A stretch of DNA of 63,621 nt, counting the filler, from Collodictyon triciliatum (Eukaryota): assembly GCA_043381765.1 (NCBI GenBank). It is 9 parts of 9 records of this genome, joined end to end, with 100 filler letters (N's around TTAATTAATTAA, not from the genome) between each part and the next. Parts side by side here need not be neighbours in the genome. Positions count along the whole stretch, not along the records: positions 50,202 to 58,460 come from JBHJMP010003504.1; positions 58,561 to 62,321 come from JBHJMP010003576.1; positions 62,422 to 63,621 come from JBHJMP010003690.1; 6 more parts are not named here. One strand, 5' to 3'. Both the position numbers and the translations under genes were made by a program. This document shows, piece by piece, positions 56,101 to 63,621 of this stretch. The notes beneath the pieces were generated by a model that worked only from the letters and a program-made list of their open reading frames with translations, was not told the DNA's origin and did not search any database. Every line of letters starts with the position of its first letter. Position 1 is the stretch's first letter.

Positions 56101-57264
56101 ATATCGAAGGGTTCACGACGTTATCTGAGTCCATATCAGCAGAGGCACTTGTCGAGATATTGGAGGACTATCTCGAAGAGGTCTCTAGCATCATCATAGC
56201 AACAGGTGGAACTGTGGTCGACTTTATCGGCGATGCAGTCGTGGTTAGTGAAGTTTATGTGACATTTATTCTAGTCTTTCAATCGAATAAAGGGAAATAT
56301 TGAAACTTATCTTAAAAGAAAAATGAATCATAGAGAGCTTCAAATGTATTTTTATTTTTATTTTTATGAATAGGCTATATGGAACGCGCCAACCGATGTG
56401 CCTGACCACGCCCTATGTGCCTGCATTTGTGCCGTTCGATACATTGTGAGTAAAGCATTCATGCTGGCTGAATATCCATCAATATTACACATATGAGACT
56501 CTGAATTATACACAAACATATTAAAAAATAAAGCGCGTCTTGGGAGAACTCAACAACAAGTGGCTGTCAAAAAGACTTATTAAAGAGCCTCTCAATGTCC
56601 GTATCGGCGTACATACGGGTCCGGTCTATGCTGGTAACATCGGTTCTTCAAAGAGAATGAAATACGACTCTATCGGAGATAGCATGAACTTGGCGTCAAG
56701 GTGCGGAAATATCTTTCATGTCAGCTATACTGCTATTACATTATGTGAAATGATGTTTGTGAGCTATGCCGTGATTGATGTCTTACGCTTAGGCTCGAAG
56801 GATTGAACAAGCGATACAAGACAAACATCATCATAAGCGAGGAGACGCGCAGCTCTATTCAGCCGCGCATGATATCAAGACCGCTGGAATATGTGGTGGT
56901 GAAGGGAAAGTGAGTTCACGACGAAACTAACACATGAGCTCGAGCCATCATTGGAGTCTCTAATAGTCAGTACATCTTAAATGCTAAACAATATCACTAT
57001 AGAACAAGCCGCACTCAAATTCATGAGCTGCTTGCCGACACCCAAGAGAGCGGAGAGCAAGAAATCAGCAAAGCAAACTCCAAGCAAAACGCGTCCATGC
57101 CGTTCCAGCACTTCACTCAAATGACAAGCACCCAGAAAAATGATGCGATAAGCCATTTGAGCGACTACTGCGACACCAATCCAGTTGACAAACCGATGAA
57201 AGTGCTGCTGGGGATTGTGAGTGCTCCGAACTATGACGGTGTAACTGTTTTGGACGAAAAGTAG
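53168..57264 (+). CDS. Membrane receptor class III nucleotide cyclase (TM - dCache-like sensor - TM - HAMP - cyclase), multi-exon
   Basis: TM1 SILLLSFFSVVSVALVSVV. Cache-type TKRPW|YVAT...PTWSPVF. TM2 followed by HAMP (SRPLNVVADAMQNI...EISMIQSSF). Cyclase: TVMFT|DIEGFTTLSE, DFIGDA, RIGVHTGPVYAGNIGS, GDSMNLASR|LEGLNK, VVVKGK, ending DGVTVLDEK*. Confidence 0.93.
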
Positions 57265-58255
57265 GAGGCTTGATATCAAGCAAAACAGATGTCAGAATCT
57301 CAAATGATATCTTCAAAATCATTCCATCCATGTGGACACCATTCTCGCTCAAGCAAGCTGAAATGAAAGCAACAAATCTCAATAAAAATGATAACAAATC
57401 AAAAGTATTTTTTTATAAATTGGGGGTGTTATATCAAACTTTCCATTTTGTATTCGACTTTTACATCAATGGGGTTGAACTATACGAGGGCGGGTCAAGG
57501 GCGCACGGTAGAAAGCAAACGCAAGTATGAAAAACTTATGAGTAAATGCCATTACTAGAAAGGAATCAGTGACAGCGAGTTTGTTGTGCGAGCATGCCAA
57601 CAGGTTGATTGATTGTGAAGGCATCAGGGACTGGGATGTGATGAGGGATATATTACGACGCTTTCCCAAATCTCCTTTGTCGCAAGAACCACACGCGCAC
57701 CTTTTCACAGCTCTGTTAGAGATATTGAGCAGTAGGGCGTGATGTTTCGGGAATTAGCTGAAATATTCGGGCTTGCTTTCAGCTTTTGGCTATCGGTTGG
57801 TCTATATGTCTGTGGTTTACGGCACATCCACTCATTTTCCCCGGTTATTAAGGATTTAGGCTGATAAATCTACATCTAAAAAGCTTGGAATGAGACATTT
57901 TTTATTTTATTTAAAGTTTATTGAGGTAATACAAAGCGGAGTAAAACCGCCCTCGCCTCTTGGACAAGAAATGAACAGAGGACAAGAAAGTGAAAACCCG
58001 CGGATTATGTGGTTGGATTTTTTGTGTTTTGGAAAAAAAGAAAAAGAAAATAGAAAGGAGAGAAAGTGTTCTCACACGCAGACTATTCTACCCGAGGTGA
58101 ATCAGCTCCAACGCGATTTCTGGTTGTATTCGAGACTGACAGAAGAGCGGATAAAGTTGTCGGGTCGATGAAAGTACGCACATGGCAGTTACTTCTCAAA
58201 TCGATTCCGACGAGTCCTTTCAACCGTCTATCTCAGACAGGGTTTACATCCTATT

Positions 58256-58460
58256 TCATTCCACAGGATGAGTCTTTTGAGGGGACAACGGGTCACTTTC
58301 CTTGCGTTTCTTGCTGGGCGACTCAGACAAAAAGCGATACATCGTTGTTTGTCTGGAATTATCGGAAGTGGCGCTTGACCGTCCCCTGGCATCGGGACCA
58401 TGCGTAGCCGGCAGTGGACTTTGCTTAACCGGAGTATGGATACGCGTTTGTGGTTTTAGA
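58256..58460 (-). CDS. C-terminal exon of an unknown protein with a PIP-box-like motif and a basic NLS; 5'-truncated
   Basis: A 68-codon frame is open from the contig edge: LKPQTRIHTPVKQSPLP...RQTTMYRFLSESPSKKRKESDPLSPQKTHPVE*. Confidence 0.5.
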
Positions 58461-58560
58461 NNNNNNNNNNNNNNNNNNNNNNNNNNNNNNNNNNNNNNNN
58501 NNNNTTAATTAATTAANNNNNNNNNNNNNNNNNNNNNNNNNNNNNNNNNNNNNNNNNNNN
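58461..58560. other. Artificial contig linker
   Basis: N44-TTAATTAATTAA-N44. Confidence 0.98.
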
Positions 58561-58918
58561 GTTTTTGTTTTTGTTTTTGTTTTTGTTTTTGTTTTTGTTT
58601 TTGTTTTTGTTTTTGTTTTTGTTTTTGTTTTTTTTGTTTTTTTGTTTTTTTGTTTTTGTTGTTTTTTGTGGTCTCTGGGCTGCTGCGAGTCGGTTTTGTG
58701 CTGATTTGACTATGCTGGTTTCCTCCCGCTTATTTCTTTTCAATTTCTCTTTACATTTTATTTTTCACTCTCATAATTTTGATCATTTTCGCGGCCTCGC
58801 GTGTTCATTTACACACGCGCTCGTATTCAAAGTCTGTGCGACTGAAACGATGGTCGGCTTGGGTTTTGCATGAAAACAAAGAGGCTTTGTAAAAGAGTGA
58901 ATTGTGCATTTGTAGAAA

Positions 58919-59868
58919 ATGGCGCAGTCGCTTCTGAGGAAGCAGCTTCGCTTGTTGGGGGAAATAGACGAAAAGAAAGGGCCGGCCACGCAAAAGAACC
59001 CAAAGGCAAAAGATCGCAAGTAGGTGTTGAGTACAATCTAAGGCATATAGAAACACAGTTCTTTTACTTTGAAATCACTTCATTATCCCTCCGTCTTCCC
59101 CTTCCACCCGAGTTTCTTTTATTCCTTACCATCATTACCAGACTTTAAGATAAAATAATGATAATAAGAAAAATACTAAACTCATACGTCGGAAACACAG
59201 ACTAAAGAAGCACATCCAGAAACCAAGTCCCTTGGAGAGAGCGTTAGGTTACTTTATATAAAAACAATTAAAGTCTCACATTCGATACAGTCTTGATTTT
59301 CGTTAAAAATGAAAAAAAATTGTAATTTTTTTATTCTTATTTTTTTCTTTCTTGGACATTACATTGTAATTGTCATTATTTTAAAGAGAAAGGAGTTACA
59401 AGAAAGCCTTATTATGTATACTGGAAAGTTTTACATTCTTACCCACTCTCACTTCTATCCTCCTTTCTTTTTTCTTCTTTTTTTCATTTTCCACGACTTC
59501 TCTGAATAGAAAAAGCACAAAAACCTTTGGCTGACTCTATCCTTGAAAGGAATCTCCAAAAAATTAGCAAGCTGAATAAAGTTTCACAACTAGTCAGTAA
59601 ACCAGCATTGGTGATGAAGGTACAGCTCACGCTGAATTTATTCTTAATTTTTTTCTTCAAATAAATATGGTGAACTTAATTGCGTCTTTTGTTTTCTTTT
59701 TCTGTTTTCTTTTTCGTTGGATAAACATATGTTATCTTCCTTTTATTAGAAAATAGAGATATAATCAAATTTGCCCACCTGGGGTTTTGTATTAATTTCT
59801 TTCTTGCCACTGCTATTATTCTCTCATCACTCAAACAGGTCGTCTCCAAAGCCAAAAAGTTGAAATAA
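58919..59868 (+). CDS. Small basic protein, possibly AROS/RPS19BP1-like, about 4 exons
   Basis: MAQSLLRKQLRLL resembles the AROS start MSAALLRRGLELL. Later exons give LIRRKHRLKKHIQKPSPLERAL|EKAQKPLADSILERNLQKISKL...|VVSKAKKLK*. The exon 1-2 phase could not be resolved. Confidence 0.45.
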
Positions 59869-60063
59869 ACCTATGTGCAGATATCAATCGAAGGTGATTA
59901 ATATCTTTGTCATTTTGTTTATTTGCTTGTTATAAACATCACTTATTTTGAACTACTCTGGTATTTATTTATTTTTGTTATGTTCGGTTCCTGGCCCCGT
60001 TGAAAAGAGCAAACACGAAAATGCCATGTGGTATGAGGCAAAATTCACCTTCTGAAAGGAGAT

Positions 60064-60064
<1 letters not shown>

Positions 60065-60157
<93 letters not shown>
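60065..60157 (+). repeat. (GT)n microsatellite
   Basis: Seen directly in the sequence. Confidence 0.98.
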
Positions 60158-60158
<1 letters not shown>

Positions 60159-60496
60159 AAAAAGGAGAAGAGATTTAAAGAGAGAACGACAAAAAAGGCC
60201 CGGATAAACTCGCACATATACAAATAAGAAATAATATTCATTCATTATGCATGTCAGAATGCAATAAAAAAAAACATGACATTGCATCATCAATATTTTA
60301 TTCTCTGCGTTATAAGGTCGTACTCGTTTATTATGAGGCTCGCGAACACATCAAAAAGAATGTGTCGGTACGGTGCAAAAACAGGCACCAAAAGGGGAAC
60401 AACATACATCTCTTATCCAAAGCCACAACCAAAAAGAAGATGACAAAGACGAAATCAAAAAATAGAAAAAAAGAAAAAAAAAGAGGGCTGATTAAA

Positions 60497-62188
60497 TCAT
60501 GGATGAAACTCTAAAACAGAGACGGTGCAGTCTGACCCTGTCGTTGCGATACAATTGCCAACATCAGCATGCGTAAAAGAAATGCCTTCAATTGATCCAA
60601 TATGCCTCTTGCGCTTCACCTCCAATGCACCATCCAGCAGACTCCACACATAAATAACACCGTCTAGGGTCGTACAGGTTACATAATTACCACCCGGTTG
60701 GATTGCACAATACGTTACATATAAGCCACTCGTCCGATAAGTCGAGAGCAAATCCGCGCTTGGTACTTGTGTCGCCTCGTCCGATGCCACTCCATTGACA
60801 TGGAAAAGGCACACAGTACGGTCGTCGCTGCTTGTGGCAAGTAACGGGCCGAGGCTCTTGTGGACCTGAAAGTCTACGCACGTCACAGCCATCGAGTGTG
60901 TGTTAAGAACAGAGACAACTTCCCCTTTCTCAACATCAAATATCTAGTGTGAAAAGAGTGTGAAAAGAGTGTCTTTGGCACTTGGAAAAAAGTTGAGGAA
61001 TTATGGCTATTAATGGTTTTTTTTCCCCTCTGTCTCTCTTTCATTCATTTCCAGAGTTTTTTTTTCTTCTTCCTTTCTGTAAACGAAGGGATGTGATAAA
61101 TTCAAAAATTCAGAAAAGGGAACCATGTATTAAAAATATAAATGTGAACTGTATCATGAAACTGAGATAAAATTATTCAAAACCTTTGTTGTATGGTCTT
61201 CACAGCCCATAGCGATATATGTAGATGTTAACCACGTAATCGACCTGAACCACATAAAGCAGTTCGTGAGCGTTATATTCATGTTCTTTCAATAAATCAC
61301 CGACAAACAAAAAAATTAATGGTGATGATGAAACTAATTCGTTGATGATATCAAAGGAAACAATTGGAAAATGTATTCCTTGTATTCAATATTTTGATTG
61401 GACTGAAAATCATGATTGTCAATTCTGTTTGTGGCAATACCATATTTCATCCGGGGAAATTTTGTATTGTAATATGACATTTTTCTTTGCGTCCAACACA
61501 ACCAATTTTCCCTTCGTATCGCTGGCTGCAAGAAGGTGTTTGTGAGTCCGGATGCACGTGACCGTGTCCAGACTTTTCAAAACCAACTAATTACGCATGA
61601 GTTTTTTTTAGTTCGTTTGTTAGAAACAAAAAAATTAGGTATTATAAGAAACGAAGACTGCAACGAGATAATATCTTAAAAAAAGGAAGAAAATCAGTGT
61701 TATTATTGTTTCCTCTATGTAGATATTAATGTAGAATCATGTGTATAAAAAGGGGGTGCATTTCGCTTACGTCTACATTTCCTGTATTGATATCGATACG
61801 ATGAACTTCTCCATCGAATGTTCCTACAAAGATAGGGCTGCAATTGGATTGGATTGGCCTTTGGTTGGTCGGCATTTTCATCGTCATAAAATCCCATGTA
61901 GACACACCCTTTTCAAAAAAAAAAAAATTAAAAAAAGGGGAAACCTCATTTTTATTTTCCTTAGTGAATGAGTGGCCGTATAACATGTGAGGCTTACTTC
62001 TGGTTTCTGAGATGTAATTTCTGAAAGTGGGTCAACTGACGCCCAGAAACAAGAGCGAATCCCGGTGGCAAATTGATGATGGAAAGTATGGTTTAGAGAA
62101 GAGAACACGTGATCCTCTCCTAGTGAGTAAACTCTTTTCCATATGTAGAGATTTCCTTTCAAGTCACCAGAACATATATGGTCTCCTA
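60497..62188 (-). CDS. WD40-repeat protein, multi-exon; 5' part beyond the linker
   Basis: ICSGDLKGNLYIW, IAMGCEDHTTK|IFD, HSMAVTCVDF...LATSSDDRTVCLF, HIGSIEGISF...IATTGSDCTVSV. Confidence 0.85.
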
Positions 62189-62321
62189 TAATATAAATCT
62201 GTATATTAGATGGTACTCTTTTTTTTTCTTTTTCCATTCTTTTTTTTTCTGGGGGGGGGGGGGGGGGGTTTTTTAAAATTGGGTATTTTGTTTTTTTGTT
62301 GAGAAAAATAAAAAAAATAAA

Positions 62322-62421
62322 NNNNNNNNNNNNNNNNNNNNNNNNNNNNNNNNNNNNNNNNNNNNTTAATTAATTAANNNNNNNNNNNNNNNNNNNNNNN
62401 NNNNNNNNNNNNNNNNNNNNN
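62322..62421. other. Linker, possibly an intra-scaffold gap
   Basis: Same spacer, but the preceding piece is only 3761 bp, which breaks the ~8.26-kb size order. Confidence 0.9.
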
Positions 62422-62889
62422 GCCGAATATAATTTATGAATCGGTCCCGACACATCGACTCCGTTTGGCGCCTCAGCTTGAATGTCCCATTGTACTAGCA
62501 AAAAAAAAAAAAAAAAAAAAAAAAGAGGTAATTTTAAAAAAAAAAAAAAAAAAAAAGACAAACATAAGCCGCTGTCCAGTCCATCGACACAAAAATCAGG
62601 CCTGAAGCAGACAACCCTGTCCTACAGAACGCTACAAAAACCAGGCACTTAGTCCACGAGCCCGTAAGAAGCAGAAATGGAGTCGCCCAACAACGATCCG
62701 CAAGGTACGCGCCATACTTTACGCAGCCCAGCCACCCTATATATGGTATGCTTCGCTGAATATGCTGTCAGTCTCGCACACCCAAACGCCGTTTTCCCGA
62801 GGAGGCGAGGCGCCATATCTCAAACAAGCTCTTGTATTTGCTCGTCTTTTAGACCCCCACGCACACCAAGGAGATTTGATCATCGGCCT

Positions 62890-63390
62890 TTATTCAAGAC
62901 GTGGGATGGGAGTGTCCTCAGACAAACACGACTCGGCCTTTGCCTCCGCGCCTGACTCCGGCTCCCCGTAAAACTGCAGGATGATGTCTGCGACTGGCTC
63001 TGGCTCATCAAGGTGTGGGTGGTGGCCAGCCTGGTGTCGTTATTGTTATTATTTTGGATTTATTCAGCCGGCTATCACTTGCATCAACATGACTTTACAT
63101 CCGAAAAGGGGCGATGCGATGTCTTATGCAATGCAGGCCAATATGAACAAAATAATATATACAACCTTTTTCTCCACGATTTCCACTGAATGAAACGCTC
63201 CCAAGCGTTTTTTCACCCAGCTTGGGTCGTGTTTGAGGAATCTCTCGTATGCTGGGGTAGTTGTAGAAAAATATGAGTGGCATACTTTGTGCGAATTATG
63301 TAAATGAGCTATTGTTGGTATGGTTAAGTGACTACAAACCCATGGTTCCAACAATCAGGACTTGGCATTTGATGGCACTCGCGTATGAGT
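62890..63390 (-). CDS. 3' exons of an alpha/beta hydrolase (SERHL-like)
   Basis: ASAIKCQVLIVGT|...AFHSVEIVEKK|AGHHPHLDEPEPVADIILQF...PRLE*, including the catalytic-His motif GHH.HL..P..VA..I..F. Confidence 0.75.
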
Positions 63391-63621
63391 ATATCTATAT
63401 TTATATAAAAAAAAATTACCTCATTATTGAGGTCATCGAAAACAAAATAGTACTGCACAGCTTAAGTCTTTATCATATAGCAGAAGTAATCATCATAATC
63501 ATGATTTATCCCCCCCCCCCCCCCCCCCCCCCCCCCAAATATTTTTTTTTTTTTTTTTCCCCCAAAAAAAAAAAAATAAAAATAAAAAAGAAGAAAAAAA
63601 AATAAAACAAAAAAAAAAAAA

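Overview
This is intron-rich eukaryotic (protist-like) genomic DNA, not prokaryotic. It is an artificial concatenation of about nine pieces joined by 100-bp linkers (N44-TTAATTAATTAA-N44). Six consecutive pieces fall in length from 8275 to 8259 bp, so neighbourhood across linkers means nothing. Genes were rebuilt by hand across GT-AG introns: a highly repetitive WD40 ORF, a protein with two AP2-like domains, MUTYH, a ~1857-aa secreted bacterial-style adhesin (DUF4114-like + tandem Ig/cadherin-like + FG-GAP), an eIF4A paralogue with degenerate helicase motifs, WDR41, WDR48, a secreted alpha/beta-hydrolase-fold protein lacking its nucleophile, a PARP4-like (vault PARP) gene, a dCache-HAMP class III cyclase, an AROS-like gene, another WD40 gene and a SERHL-like hydrolase 3' end. 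Best leads: (1) three copies of the 3' end of an apparent non-LTR retroelement, two with target-site duplications, whose antisense strand reads as a splice acceptor; (2) WD40 repeats that vary mostly at ligand-face positions, as in fungal HNWD allorecognition receptors; (3) the adhesin, a horizontal-transfer candidate with one intron; (4) the pseudo-eIF4A; (5) a cyclase with unusual specificity residues. No tRNA, rRNA or CRISPR array was recognised. Exon boundaries are manual, and homology calls come from remembered motifs, not database searches.
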